Virus record (IMG/VR): IMGVR_UViG_3300020473_001965
Span: 62,001-126,000 of that record
Reading direction: 5' to 3' (one strand)
Length of the DNA stretch: 64,000 nt
The notes under the pieces are model-generated. The model worked only from the letters and a program-made list of their open reading frames with translations, searched no databases and was not told where the DNA came from. The position numbers and the translations under genes are program-made. Shown here piece after piece: positions 37,082 through 49,467 of this stretch; position 1 is the stretch's first letter; each line of letters starts with the position of its first letter.

Positions 37082-37096
37082 ACCGTCCTCTCAGAG

Positions 37097-37834
37097 TTAC
37101 TCTAATATTCGAATGCCTGTTTTTACACAATTTGCTGAAGAGTACAACCAGGATTCACCCTGTTTACCGCAACAGTAATATCTTACACCCTTGTAATCCC
37201 AATGTTCATGCTCATGATGATGACCAAAAAACCAAGTATTGGGGTGCTTCGTCGCACCTTCGACAACTGCCTTAAAATATTGTGGGACGCCATTCTTCGA
37301 CCATTTTTTATGATACTTTTGATGCTTTAATAGAAAGCTAGGGCAATCATGTGTCACCACGATGTCAGCTTTCTCGTAGTTCTTTTTAAACATCTCAAGC
37401 TCATTATGTGAAGGCATCTCTCTTGGCCACCAATTTTTTCCAAATATAAACGGAGAATCTTTCTTGCCTAAGTAGCTTTGAGCACCACCCATAAAAAGAA
37501 TATTGTTGCCATTGAGGTTCATGAGTGTGCCGCGGCGAACATGATAACAGTTCTTTGCGACCTGTACTACATCGGGTGTGGGATTGCTTACCTTCTGATT
37601 TTCGTACATCTCATCAAGTACTGTGTGGTTTTCGTGATTGCCATCACAAAAAAAGAAGGGTATCTCTGATTTGTTATTTTCGAAAAAACTGCTCAAGCCA
37701 TTCTCAGGATCTGGCCAGTAAATTCCAAAATCGCCCACCTGAATTATTGCTTGAACTTTTTTGTCTATTGCATCTTTATAGACCTGTTCTAAAGCGCTTA
37801 CTCTGCCGTGGATATCTCCTGCAAATAGAATCAC
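37097..37834 (-). CDS. Calcineurin-like metallophosphoesterase
   Basis: GDIHG, GDFG, GNHE, THDCP, GHHH. Confidence 0.9.
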   Translation of the reverse strand: MILFAGDIHGRVSALEQVYKDAIDKKVQAIIQVGDFGIYWPDPENGLSSFFENNKSEIPFFFCDGNHENHTVLDEMYENQKVSNPTPDVVQVAKNCYHVRRGTLMNLNGNNILFMGGAQSYLGKKDSPFIFGKNWWPREMPSHNELEMFKKNYEKADIVVTHDCPSFLLKHQKYHKKWSKNGVPQYFKAVVEGATKHPNTWFFGHHHEHEHWDYKGVRYYCCGKQGESWLYSSANCVKTGIRILE

Positions 37835-37990
37835 TTAAAATCGTCTCTCGTAAATAAGGATATTCCACAGGCTGCAAAAGATCCCAAGCTGATTAGCATT
37901 AGAGGCTTATCTTGTAGATACATGCCTACTCCGAATACCCCTAGATTTACGCAAAGCAATGCGTACCACACGCCAGCTGGAATTAGATTA

Positions 37991-38242
37991 TTAATTTTCA
38001 TGTTCATCATCTGGCGGCATGTATTCAACTTCATCTTCGACATTACTGCACGTTGTGCAATGATACTCTAAGATTGATGTGTGAAAATCCATGATCATCT
38101 TAAGATCTTCAATGATTCCACAAAAAGAATAAAAATCTTTGATGTGCAGCTTTAGGACAACCTGATCACCTACGGGTAATCGCAACATCTGTGTTTCTAA
38201 ATCAATTGTTGCGCCGTGAGGAAGATCATGAAGTTTTGACAT
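37991..38242 (-). CDS. Hypothetical protein
   Basis: MSKLHDLPHG...HCTTCS; start re-called. Confidence 0.5.
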   Translation of the reverse strand: MSKLHDLPHGATIDLETQMLRLPVGDQVVLKLHIKDFYSFCGIIEDLKMIMDFHTSILEYHCTTCSNVEDEVEYMPPDDEHEN

Positions 38243-38669
38243 TTTTTCTAGATCTTGTTTTTCGCGTCGCGGGCTTCTTCTTAACGCTGTCAATGATTGA
38301 CGATGTACCAGATCCCGCCTCGGACGATGTCTTTGGCTTGCGTGGTGCTCTTTTTCGTGTCGCCTTTTTCTTCGGTGGCGGCTTTTCTTCCGGAGCAGGC
38401 TCTGGGGCACGTTCGCGTCTAGGCTCAACTGGCTCAGGCTCAGGCTTAGGTTCGGGCTTAAGCTCTTTTGGTGGCTGGGGTGGCGGAGCTGGTGGCTTAG
38501 GCGGCGCAAAGAATTCATTGTATTCTTCTAGCGTCGGTGCCACCAGACACTTCTTATTGATTAGCTTGACACATTTTTCATATGAGTCGATTTCATTGAA
38601 TTCAGCCCATCGTCGTGGGTCGCGGCGTTTTCTTATAAAGAAACCTTTCCAAGAAAGAATAAATCCCAT
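38226..38669 (-). CDS. Pro/Glu-rich linker protein with Lys/Arg-rich tail
   Basis: PKPEPKPEPEP repeats and KKKATRKR tail; GAGG RBS. Confidence 0.6.
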   Translation of the reverse strand: MGFILSWKGFFIRKRRDPRRWAEFNEIDSYEKCVKLINKKCLVAPTLEEYNEFFAPPKPPAPPPQPPKELKPEPKPEPEPVEPRRERAPEPAPEEKPPPKKKATRKRAPRKPKTSSEAGSGTSSIIDSVKKKPATRKTRSRKNVKTS

Positions 38670-38705
38670 AGTTACCTCTTAAATATATATGCAGATCTAA
38701 GAGAC

Positions 38706-38984
38706 TTAGTCAATTTCTGTAATCATTTCTGCAACAGCACTCTGAAACGCTGGGTGAATTGCCACGCTCTTAAGATTATCTGGTGAGCAGTCCTGACCGT
38801 AGAGTACACATACTTCTCTTGCGATCTTTGTCAAGCCCTTGACAAAAACATTTCTCGCTGTTGCATGATTCATCTTGTGACCTTCTTCTGTCATCTTTTC
38901 AGCAATAGACCGATAATCCATTCCAGACAAATCATTTACAGTTGCATAGCCTCGCTCAATCTTAGTTCCTTTAGGCATTGACAT
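38706..38984 (-). CDS. HTH protein resembling a detached sigma region 4.2
   Basis: MDYRSIAEKM...MNHATARNVFVKGLTKIA aligns by eye to TLEEVG...VTRERIRQIEAKALRKL. Confidence 0.6.
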   Translation of the reverse strand: MSMPKGTKIERGYATVNDLSGMDYRSIAEKMTEEGHKMNHATARNVFVKGLTKIAREVCVLYGQDCSPDNLKSVAIHPAFQSAVAEMITEID

Positions 38985-39746
38985 TTATTTTCCCTCCATG
39001 AGTTTCATATATTTTTCTTTAGAGATTGGATAATCAGAATGATTTGTGCTGTCCTCAGTAATTCCGAATCTAAGCCTGATTATCTTTTCTTCCCTAGAAG
39101 TCAAGCATCGCAAACCTTTGCGAACAGCTCCGGTAATTTTTTCCTTGTCCAGAATATCATCTAAGTGTGTAGCATCACTATCAGGGACGATATCTTCAAG
39201 GGTCCCGGATTCATCTTTCCCAATCGGCCGGCTAAGTGACGTTGTATTGGTCGGCGCTTGCAAAGCATCTTCAATCAACGAAGTTGTCACGCCTAAGATA
39301 TCAGCAAGTTCTTCTTTAGTTGGGGCTGAACCGAATTCATCCTCATACTCTTCAGAGACATTTTTGATCTTAGATAGTAGACCTCGAGCGTGAGATGGAA
39401 TTCTAATAGTCGACGTGTTTGCTGTAACATGTCGGCGAACTGACTGACGAATCCACCAAGTTGCATACGTAGAAAAACGAAAGCCTCGACGCCAATCGAA
39501 TTTCTCAACAGCTTTCATCAAGCCAATGTTAGATTCTTGAATCAGATCAGAAAGATCACATCCAAAATGCTGATATTTCTTAGCGATGCTCACAGCTAGT
39601 CGCAAGTTTGACTCGATCAACTTCCTTCTAGCTTCGGGGTCACCTGCCTCGATTCTCTTTGAGAGTTCTACTTCTTCATCTTTGGTAAGAAGTTTAGACT
39701 TCCCAGCTTCTTTAAAGTAAACGTTAAGTAAGTTAGACACAAACAC
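38985..39746 (-). CDS. RpoD/RpoS-like sigma-70 factor, truncated after region 4.1
   Basis: [57 protein letters not shown] then ends. Confidence 0.9.
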   Translation of the reverse strand: MFVSNLLNVYFKEAGKSKLLTKDEEVELSKRIEAGDPEARRKLIESNLRLAVSIAKKYQHFGCDLSDLIQESNIGLMKAVEKFDWRRGFRFSTYATWWIRQSVRRHVTANTSTIRIPSHARGLLSKIKNVSEEYEDEFGSAPTKEELADILGVTTSLIEDALQAPTNTTSLSRPIGKDESGTLEDIVPDSDATHLDDILDKEKITGAVRKGLRCLTSREEKIIRLRFGITEDSTNHSDYPISKEKYMKLMEGK

Positions 39747-39781
39747 CTTCTCGTCAATGTACGCTGAATTGCGTTATATAT

Positions 39782-39811
39782 ATTTTACCACAAAAAATCT
39801 AGCTCTTACAC
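39782..39811 (-). promoter_or_regulatory. Class I promoter GTGTAA-N18-TAAAAT upstream of the sigma gene
   Basis: Read directly from sequence; extended -10 TG. Confidence 0.55.
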
Positions 39812-39815
39812 TAAA

Positions 39816-40073
39816 CTAACGAGTATTTTTATATCTACGGGACGTCTGCTTTAGATACTCTGCATGGCGGATCTTTCTGATCTTTCGCCACTCAGACTCT
39901 CGTTGAGCGTAGCAAAGCTCCACCTGGGCGCCCATACCATCGCGGCGCCGAGCGGCTGTTCTAAGCGCGTCGATCTTTCGATCGATTTGCTCATCACTCA
40001 TATCATTCAAAACTTCACGTGTCAAAGCTCTATGCATCAAGCATCTCCTCTTTAAGCTTTTATATAATACCAT
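39816..40073 (-). CDS. Basic hypothetical protein
   Basis: ORF with AGAGG RBS before internal LMHRAL; promoter GTGTAC-N17-TATTAT at 40064-40092. Confidence 0.5.
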   Translation of the reverse strand: MVLYKSLKRRCLMHRALTREVLNDMSDEQIDRKIDALRTAARRRDGMGAQVELCYAQRESEWRKIRKIRHAEYLKQTSRRYKNTR

Positions 40074-40091
40074 AAGGGAGCGAGATGTACA

Positions 40092-40457
40092 CTAAATTGT
40101 CATCATATCAAACAAAGTTTTGATGACAAGGCCGACGACCACTGATGACGTCATCCATAGGAACTTTTGATAAGATCTGGACCTTGCTTTTATCAGAGTA
40201 AAATCTTCAACGAGGTTCTCAGGAATCATTTGAGAACAGTTCTCTAGTTTTGCTTCAAGTAAGGCTAGTCGCGTTTCCTGAGAGTTTGTAACAGACTTTA
40301 GCTCTTCAAAGCCTGCTTCAAGCTTTTGAACACTTAATGACAGTGAGTCTAACTTGGTGTCTACACCAGCAGCAAGGATCTTTATTTCAGTTAAAGAATC
40401 TTGTAGTTTTGCAACCCACGCTTCATCAGCAGACATCGTGTTATCTCCCATTAACAA
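40092..40457 (-). CDS. Coiled-coil protein with C-terminal transmembrane segment
   Basis: Heptad pattern followed by FLWMTSSVVVGLVI. Confidence 0.55.
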   Translation of the reverse strand: MLMGDNTMSADEAWVAKLQDSLTEIKILAAGVDTKLDSLSLSVQKLEAGFEELKSVTNSQETRLALLEAKLENCSQMIPENLVEDFTLIKARSRSYQKFLWMTSSVVVGLVIKTLFDMMTI

Positions 40458-40531
40458 TAACCAACCCGGCAGTTATATGTATTATAGAATTGTGGATTAA
40501 GCTATTTTAGCTAAAGTCTCACCAGTGAGTA

Positions 40532-40906
40532 TTAGATTACCAAAGGCTTACCATTTACCATGTAGGGTTTGTCATTTAATTTGACAATTTTTACGATCCT
40601 TACATTTGCTGCTTTTTTGATAGCATTGCCTAGCTTTTCAAGAGAGACTGTAATATTTCCCTTTGCTGGTAAGAACTTCACAGAAATAGGCAAAACGGTC
40701 CTTCCCAACTTTGATCTTAAAGAATGATCTGTTTGCCCTACAACTGCAACGCCTTGAAGTACTCTTATTATTGTCATTGTGTCTGTTACACTAGCATCTC
40801 TATCAAGAAACAACTTCATATCACAATCAGCTAATCTTGATGTGGGCCCTTCCTTTTTCTCAAGAATTAGGGCTTTTACAGTATTTTTTAAATCGTCTCT
40901 ATTCAT
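40532..40906 (-). CDS. Hypothetical protein with leader-like N-terminus
   Basis: MNRDDLKNTVKALILE; CGTAATAATTAT at 40929-40940. Confidence 0.6.
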   Translation of the reverse strand: MNRDDLKNTVKALILEKKEGPTSRLADCDMKLFLDRDASVTDTMTIIRVLQGVAVVGQTDHSLRSKLGRTVLPISVKFLPAKGNITVSLEKLGNAIKKAANVRIVKIVKLNDKPYMVNGKPLVI

Positions 40907-40969
40907 CGAAGCAACTCTAAACCTGCGTATAATTATTACGAGAAAAGAGAAAGATTGGTCATTTAAAAA

Positions 40970-43367
<2,398 letters not shown>

Positions 43368-43370
43368 AAA

Positions 43371-43410
43371 ATAATACCTCGTAGTTAAAATGTGTTCTAC
43401 GAGGTATTAT
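43371..43410. promoter_or_regulatory. 14-bp perfect inverted repeat overlapping a -10 box and the downstream RBS
   Basis: ATAATACCTCGTAG-N12-CTACGAGGTATTAT. Confidence 0.7.
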
Positions 43411-43442
43411 ACAGAATTAGAAATGTTTGTTAATGACAGTAG

Positions 43443-43847
43443 TTATTTCTTCCAGTTTGCGAAACCTACACCTACGCCGCCCATATTCACTTGGCGACCA
43501 GTACGTTTTACCCTAGAGTAACCAGAAACTCCAAAGAACTCATCGTCTTCTTCGGTTTCATCTGACTCAGCCAACATTGCTTTCAACTCTTGACGAATCG
43601 CATCTCTGAGTCGTGACTCTACTAAAGCTGTCTTGGACTCTTTAATTGCGTATTCAACATCAATTTCATTGATGTCTTCATCTTCATTATCTTCAGAATG
43701 AAACTTCGACTCAACGGTCTGTTCGCTCTGATATGGCTGGTGTGTTTGAACTGGTTCTTCTGCAAGGCCTTCGTTCAAAGGTTGTGTCTCTTCACCTTCG
43801 CCTAAGCCTGCAAGTCTTAAAATTCTCTCTGAAAGGAATTCCATCAC
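43443..43847 (-). CDS. Acidic protein with RxxxLAGL and leader-like motifs
   Basis: ERILRLAGL; LVESRLRDAIRQELKAMLAE; CGTTATATTTAA at 43863-43874. Confidence 0.65.
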   Translation of the reverse strand: MMEFLSERILRLAGLGEGEETQPLNEGLAEEPVQTHQPYQSEQTVESKFHSEDNEDEDINEIDVEYAIKESKTALVESRLRDAIRQELKAMLAESDETEEDDEFFGVSGYSRVKRTGRQVNMGGVGVGFANWKK

Positions 43848-43893
43848 TGTCTCCTTGTAGTATTAAATATAACGCACAGACAGTTTTTTCTAC

Positions 43894-44658
43894 CTAAACT
43901 CCTGCAAGAATGAACTTATATTTCTTATCTGCGTCTTGCCAGTATTCAGTTTTGTCGATAATTGTCTGCATTTTTTTAGAATGTCTTGACATCCTAGTCT
44001 CAAGACCTTTGGTGAGACGCTCTCTCTTCTTCACAGCGTTTTCACTGCAGCCCCAAATCTTTTTGTTTGTGCTAGCGACGTCCTGATATGCTGCATAGGC
44101 TGCATTAAAAAATCTTGCGGCTTGCTTGTTAATTTCGATCTCATTCATTACCTGAACGTCACCATGTAGTACTACAGATTTTTTCATTCCAACGTGTTTC
44201 TTCATCTTAACTTTTCCTCGGGCTCCTGGCGCCTCATCAGAAAAGTCATTTATTGTCAGACCCTCGAAAAACAAAACATTAAAAGATTGAAAATCGGGTG
44301 CAGCAAGAACATACAAATAATCAAGCGATCCTTTTTTCTTTAAAGTACTGTAATCTGTCTGGAAGCTATAACCTCCCTTTGGGCGCCGAGTGGTTATTTT
44401 ACACTCAAGCTCTTTGCCTAGTGAAGGTATGACAATGTCAGGCTGGCCGGTTGCTCCGTCTGAAATCGCATCTTTAAAATAACTTGCTATCTCGTCTGCA
44501 AAAAACTTCTCTTGAGCAGCTGACATGATTATGTTTCTTCGTCCGGTGTTTTGAACAAAATCGAGTCCGTACTCCTCATGAAGAGACAACTGCTTATCGT
44601 GAAAGCTTTTCATTTTAGCCAACGCTTTTACGACCATTTCTTTAGTAATATAACTCAT
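43894..44658 (-). CDS. Putative PD-(D/E)xK endonuclease
   Basis: QE...GQPDIVI...ELECK; promoter TTGTAA-N17-TATAAT at 44683-44711. Confidence 0.55.
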   Translation of the reverse strand: MSYITKEMVVKALAKMKSFHDKQLSLHEEYGLDFVQNTGRRNIIMSAAQEKFFADEIASYFKDAISDGATGQPDIVIPSLGKELECKITTRRPKGGYSFQTDYSTLKKKGSLDYLYVLAAPDFQSFNVLFFEGLTINDFSDEAPGARGKVKMKKHVGMKKSVVLHGDVQVMNEIEINKQAARFFNAAYAAYQDVASTNKKIWGCSENAVKKRERLTKGLETRMSRHSKKMQTIIDKTEYWQDADKKYKFILAGV

Positions 44659-44717
44659 ATGACACTCCTAGCATACAACTATATTATACACAAAGAGTTT
44701 CAATTTTACAATTATTA

Positions 44718-45107
44718 TTATTCTTCTGTGCTGTCTAGAGTATTTGTTGTGGTGTCATCTTCAGACACGGCAACTCTTACGTTGCTTGTAATCTTCTGTC
44801 CTTTCATAGCTGCAGTCTTATAAGCTTCCAAGCCCAAAGCAAAACGAACGTTGTCATATTCCGCCCAATTTAGCTTTTCTTTTAAGACAGCCATGCTTGC
44901 ATATTGATGAAGATCTAACTCCGTCACCGGTACTTCTTCGCCGTCCAGACCTGGCTCGAACTCCCCAGTGTCTCTAGACTCAAACATAAAGAGTATCTTT
45001 GGCATCTCTTGATCATCGGGAACATGAATAAAGGGTATCTTTGAAGTAATGCCGTCTTCGGCTTCTTCATACATAATTTCTGGTATCCAATTGGTAGACA
45101 TCTGCAC
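44718..45107 (-). CDS. Hypothetical protein
   Basis: ORF with GAGG RBS. Confidence 0.6.
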   Translation of the reverse strand: MQMSTNWIPEIMYEEAEDGITSKIPFIHVPDDQEMPKILFMFESRDTGEFEPGLDGEEVPVTELDLHQYASMAVLKEKLNWAEYDNVRFALGLEAYKTAAMKGQKITSNVRVAVSEDDTTTNTLDSTEE

Positions 45108-45169
45108 CTCTTAAAACTTATAAATCATACATCGAGGTTTTTAGAAGTTAATATATTATAGCGTTTAAT

Positions 45170-46936
45170 TTAAGTCGCTAGATCTAGGTCGACATCTTCT
45201 TCTTCAGCTTGCTCCTCTTCAGCTTCCTCTTTCTTTTTCTCCATTATTTCGACCATTTCATTTTTTGCTTTTTCTCTCTCGGACTCTAAAACATCAAGGC
45301 CAGATTCTAATCCCTTGACTACTGTTTCATATCCGTCTTCAAATAAAATTGTAACCATCTGTTCCCACATCGGATCTTTGCTCGAATCATAACCTGATTT
45401 TTTTACTAAGCTTTCGTAAGCATCAAAATTGGGCGAAATCATGTCTTTAAAAGACTTTTCATCAAGTGAGTCCACAAAAGATTCTACATAGCTAGGTCTA
45501 AACTGTGCTATTATACGTGACATTATTTCATCATCTTGTTCTTCAATGGCTAGCTCATATGCTTCTTTGATATCATCTTGCTGAGAAAACACTTCAAAGC
45601 CCTTCTTGAACAAGGGTTGTGCAGCATTTAAATCAGACGTCTTTGCAGGCTTCAGCCCCTCAGCCATCTCCTCTCCCAAATAAGCTTGAATATCAGCGAT
45701 TATGGCTTTCAAAGACTTTGCAGCGCCTGATGATTCTTTTTGTGCTACTAGGTTTAGCCATTCTAGGGACGTCAAAATATCTAAAAATAATTCATCATCT
45801 GTCGATGTTATGTTCAATTTTGACCTTAGATCTTCGGGCTCATCGCTGAAATCGCCCATTCCGCCGGCGCCTTTTAAAAATTCTGCAAACGCTTCAATAT
45901 CGTCAAGATCAGCATCAGCTTTTCTATGACCTCGTTCCCAATTCTTCAAGGCGTCTTGCGACTGGTCCCAAAGTTTAGTTAGAGTCCCTGTCAGTCTCCC
46001 AGGGAAAACATCATTGATTCCGTCTTTTGCAGGGACGTATGCATCTTCTCTAGATAGAAGCAAAGCATGCATTGCAACAATTCTTGGTAGATATTTTCTC
46101 TCAATTGCTTTACTTAAATCTTGTTGATTCTTTTTCTGATTCTCTCCCGGATCTTCTTCGTAAATCGTTTTTAAGAGATCTTCTGGATCTATTCTTTCAT
46201 TGTCAGAAAGAATTACTGAAATTGTTAGCTTGGACAGCCAGTCATCGTCAGCGAGATCACCTGCTACGGTCGCATCTGTTATTGCATTTTTAACTGTGGG
46301 ATTTCCTCTCGCGCGTTTGACAGCATTACTTACCCATCGAGGTATTTCCTTGCCGTTGTAGTCATCTACAGCTGCTTCTGTCAAAAGGGCGCGCTCCCAC
46401 TTCTCAATTATTAGAGCTGCGTCTCTGGTGTGAGATTCTCCTATAATTGATTTGTGAAGAATATCGTAAAAGTTTTTATTGTCTTCAGAGAATTGGTTGC
46501 TTTCCGCAGAATACTTGTCAAGTAGAGCCATGTATTCTCTTCGCTTATGCTCTCTCTCGAACACCTCGAGGCACCAGAATGAAGCTGGTGCGCCGACCAA
46601 TATTTCTGGCACACCTATCTTTTTAGCACGAATAATAGAAGACTTCTCTCTATCTAAGTTGGCGAAGTGTTTCTCCAGGTCGCCTCGGGTGTAGTCAGCC
46701 ACTTCTTTCCAAAAGTTTTTCCATCCGCCTTTTATCGCGCCTCCGACTGCTGATGCTATTGCTTGCCAGTTAGGTGCAAACCCCTTGACAATTCCTATAA
46801 GATCAGAAAGACCTGCTATGTCCTCATTGACAGCATCATCGTGATACATTGATCTCACATCCTGCGACTCTTTAATAGAGTTTCTGGCCCGAACAAGAGA
46901 ATTTTTGAAATCTGGCTTTTTCATATTTCTTTGCAC
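45170..46936 (-). CDS. Large acidic helical protein, possible virion internal protein
   Basis: Several (I/L)xE sites; CGTAATATTTAT at 46943-46954. Confidence 0.55.
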   Translation of the reverse strand: MQRNMKKPDFKNSLVRARNSIKESQDVRSMYHDDAVNEDIAGLSDLIGIVKGFAPNWQAIASAVGGAIKGGWKNFWKEVADYTRGDLEKHFANLDREKSSIIRAKKIGVPEILVGAPASFWCLEVFEREHKRREYMALLDKYSAESNQFSEDNKNFYDILHKSIIGESHTRDAALIIEKWERALLTEAAVDDYNGKEIPRWVSNAVKRARGNPTVKNAITDATVAGDLADDDWLSKLTISVILSDNERIDPEDLLKTIYEEDPGENQKKNQQDLSKAIERKYLPRIVAMHALLLSREDAYVPAKDGINDVFPGRLTGTLTKLWDQSQDALKNWERGHRKADADLDDIEAFAEFLKGAGGMGDFSDEPEDLRSKLNITSTDDELFLDILTSLEWLNLVAQKESSGAAKSLKAIIADIQAYLGEEMAEGLKPAKTSDLNAAQPLFKKGFEVFSQQDDIKEAYELAIEEQDDEIMSRIIAQFRPSYVESFVDSLDEKSFKDMISPNFDAYESLVKKSGYDSSKDPMWEQMVTILFEDGYETVVKGLESGLDVLESEREKAKNEMVEIMEKKKEEAEEEQAEEEDVDLDLAT

Positions 46937-47030
46937 TCAACAATAAATATTACGCACTGCTAACAATTACACAGAATATAGATTTGTACATTAAACAATT
47001 TTTTTGTATAATTCATCAAAAGAGGTTTGT

Positions 47031-47780
47031 ATGAAAATCGGTCTTGTTCCTATGTCAGCAAAACCCTATCATATCGGTCATCATAAGTTAATCGATATTG
47101 CTGCTAAAGAAAATGATGTTACTTTTGTATTCGTTTCTTTTTCTAGCAGGGGTGTCAAAAAGATAAAGGACCCAACCGATAAGAGGACAATCAAGCAAGG
47201 CGCAAGAAAAATTGAAGTGCCTAAAGACGGAGAGTTACCTATTTTTGGGTCTGATATGCGGTATATCTGGCTTAATATCCTCAAAGAAGAGCTTGAGTTC
47301 TCAGGACGTGTTGAACTCGTCTTTCCAAAAGAAGGCAAAAGTTTGATTCCTGTACTGTCAGTCCACGAAGCATGTGCAAGCCTAATTGAGTCGATCGACA
47401 ATAATGCATGGTTTGAAATCGATGGTCAAAAATTTGAAAGCAGTTCATCGACTATTCAAATCTACTCAGATAAGCAAGATATTGCTACGAACTACGATAA
47501 TCAAACAATGACAAAGTACTACAAGGATGATTGGTTTAGACACATCACTCTTGTGGGTGTCGATCGAAATGACACTGTCAATATCAGCGGTACAAAAATG
47601 AGGGCTCTGTTAAGCGAGAGAAAAAACATTGATGAATTCAAATCTCTGCTGCCCCCAATTAGAAATAATTCAAAAAATATTGTTGCTGAAATACTGTTTG
47701 ACAGTGCTGGATCAGGTACAACTTTTAATTCTAGGTGTGTGCGTGCAATCCAAACCCCTTTGCCGATTTACGCTGGCTGA
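47031..47780 (+). CDS. HIGH-family nucleotidyltransferase (cytidylyltransferase-like)
   Basis: KPYHIGH and ISGTKMR; promoter TTGTAC-N17-TATAAT at 46984-47012. Confidence 0.75.
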   Translation: MKIGLVPMSAKPYHIGHHKLIDIAAKENDVTFVFVSFSSRGVKKIKDPTDKRTIKQGARKIEVPKDGELPIFGSDMRYIWLNILKEELEFSGRVELVFPKEGKSLIPVLSVHEACASLIESIDNNAWFEIDGQKFESSSSTIQIYSDKQDIATNYDNQTMTKYYKDDWFRHITLVGVDRNDTVNISGTKMRALLSERKNIDEFKSLLPPIRNNSKNIVAEILFDSAGSGTTFNSRCVRAIQTPLPIYAG

Positions 47781-47828
47781 CAAAAAATAGTTCTAAAGTC
47801 GCATACTTATAAAAAGAGGTATGCGCTC

Positions 47829-48554
47829 TTGAGACAGATTAAAATCATAGTGGTAACACTATTAGCCGGTGTGGCGATATACACTGGCTACGCCTTCTTT
47901 AATCATGGACATCAAGATGAATCTCAAGAAAAACAACAACAAAGCTATGTAACTGAAGAAGCTGTTGTTGATTTAGAGTTTATTGATCATCAGGCGTCTT
48001 ACGCAGAAATAGCGTCTAGAAAGTCATCGGTACAAGTACACAACCCGGATTTTCGAGGTTTTGGCTCTGGTACATATTTTGTACAAAAGGGCCGCCATTT
48101 TATACTGACAGCTGCACACGTCGTAGACGATAAAGAGCACATGATGATCTCAGGCAGAGATGAGATTGTGCCCGGGCGCGTGGTTTATACAAATCCGGCT
48201 ACTGATATTGCCGTCATAGAAGTCGATAAAATGAATACACGTGATCCTGTGCGTCTTCGTGTCAATGGTAACCCACACGTGGGTGATGCGGTTGCATACA
48301 CTGGCTTTCCGAACGGTACAGATCTATTAACCATCACGGGAAGAATTAGCGGCTATAGGGGCAGCTGGGTTGTTATTCAAAGTTATACATGGATGGGTGC
48401 ATCAGGAAGCGGCGTTTTTGACTCCAGAGGAAGGCTTGTTGGCGTTGTCTCAATGGTAGAAATTGGCCATTACAGAGCGCCCCAAGTTATTGAAGATGTT
48501 GGTTATGTTGCTAAAATATCTGAAGCTGATGTGCGAGGAATTAGAGGGTTGTGA
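47829..48554 (+). CDS. Membrane-anchored trypsin-like serine protease
   Basis: N-terminal TM, LTAAHVV, DIAVI, GASGSGVFD. Confidence 0.88.
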   Translation: MRQIKIIVVTLLAGVAIYTGYAFFNHGHQDESQEKQQQSYVTEEAVVDLEFIDHQASYAEIASRKSSVQVHNPDFRGFGSGTYFVQKGRHFILTAAHVVDDKEHMMISGRDEIVPGRVVYTNPATDIAVIEVDKMNTRDPVRLRVNGNPHVGDAVAYTGFPNGTDLLTITGRISGYRGSWVVIQSYTWMGASGSGVFDSRGRLVGVVSMVEIGHYRAPQVIEDVGYVAKISEADVRGIRGL

Positions 48555-48582
48555 GCGTTGACATAAAATAGGAGGGTCTAAA

Positions 48583-49467
48583 ATGTCTTCGGGTGTTAAA
48601 TTGCTGTTGTTGTTAGCCAGTCTTGGAATTGTTGGCTGCACATCTGACTACGCAGTTTCAGAAACAAAAGAAGTAAGAGTGGTCGTTGACTCTTACGTTC
48701 AAGCAGATCAGCTTGAAGAACTTGACGTTCTTGTTGTTTTAGACACATCTGGATCAATGCACGACAATTATGAAGATGTCGCTGACGGTATGGAAATACT
48801 AAGAACAGATATTGAGTCTTTGACTCTTGATTATCAGTTCGGTTACATTACCATGGATCCCACTCGATTGTCTTACGTGGGACCGTATGACTCTTCTTCT
48901 ACAGCAATTGACATGCTTATGGCTCCAAGCCTTCTTCCTTCTACAATATTAGAGGAGGGGTTCGGAGCCACATACACTTTTTTGGAGTCAGAGGAAGGAT
49001 TAGCCTTCAGGCGACCCGAAGCGGATTTTCTTTTGTTCTTGATTTCTGATGAAGACGAGCAGAGTGCGATATCCTCTGATCTATTCTATGACTGGTTGCA
49101 TGATGAGTTTAAAGACGTAAATCATGATGTTGTGTCTATAGTAAACCCTGATGATGAAAACGCATCTTGGGCACATGAAATAGGTTATAAGTACATTGAC
49201 CTCGCAAACCTTTATGGTAAAGATGTTCTTGACATAAAAGCAGAAGACTGGTCAATATGGCTATCAGACTCTTCATATTTAACACAGCTGCAAGACACTA
49301 TTGCACTAACTGAGACCTATCCCATTGTTGAATCAATTGTCGTCTATGTTGATCAAGTAGCTATCTATAATTGGAACTACATTGAAGAAACGAATGTCAT
49401 CAAGCTAGGTGACGTTCCCGATTACGGGTCTGTAGTAGAGGTGGGGTACAATGTATATGTGGACTAG
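48583..49467 (+). CDS. vWA-domain lipoprotein
   Basis: Lipobox IVGC; VLDTSGSM MIDAS; ISDEDEQS. Confidence 0.8.
   Translation: MSSGVKLLLLLASLGIVGCTSDYAVSETKEVRVVVDSYVQADQLEELDVLVVLDTSGSMHDNYEDVADGMEILRTDIESLTLDYQFGYITMDPTRLSYVGPYDSSSTAIDMLMAPSLLPSTILEEGFGATYTFLESEEGLAFRRPEADFLLFLISDEDEQSAISSDLFYDWLHDEFKDVNHDVVSIVNPDDENASWAHEIGYKYIDLANLYGKDVLDIKAEDWSIWLSDSSYLTQLQDTIALTETYPIVESIVVYVDQVAIYNWNYIEETNVIKLGDVPDYGSVVEVGYNVYVD

Noticed and set aside
38984-38987. Programmed read-through joining the two sigma parts
   Set aside because: In-frame abutting stop/start pairs also occur at 2527/2528, 8976/8977 and 52347/52348, and the second gene has its own RBS; read-through is not excluded but has no support.
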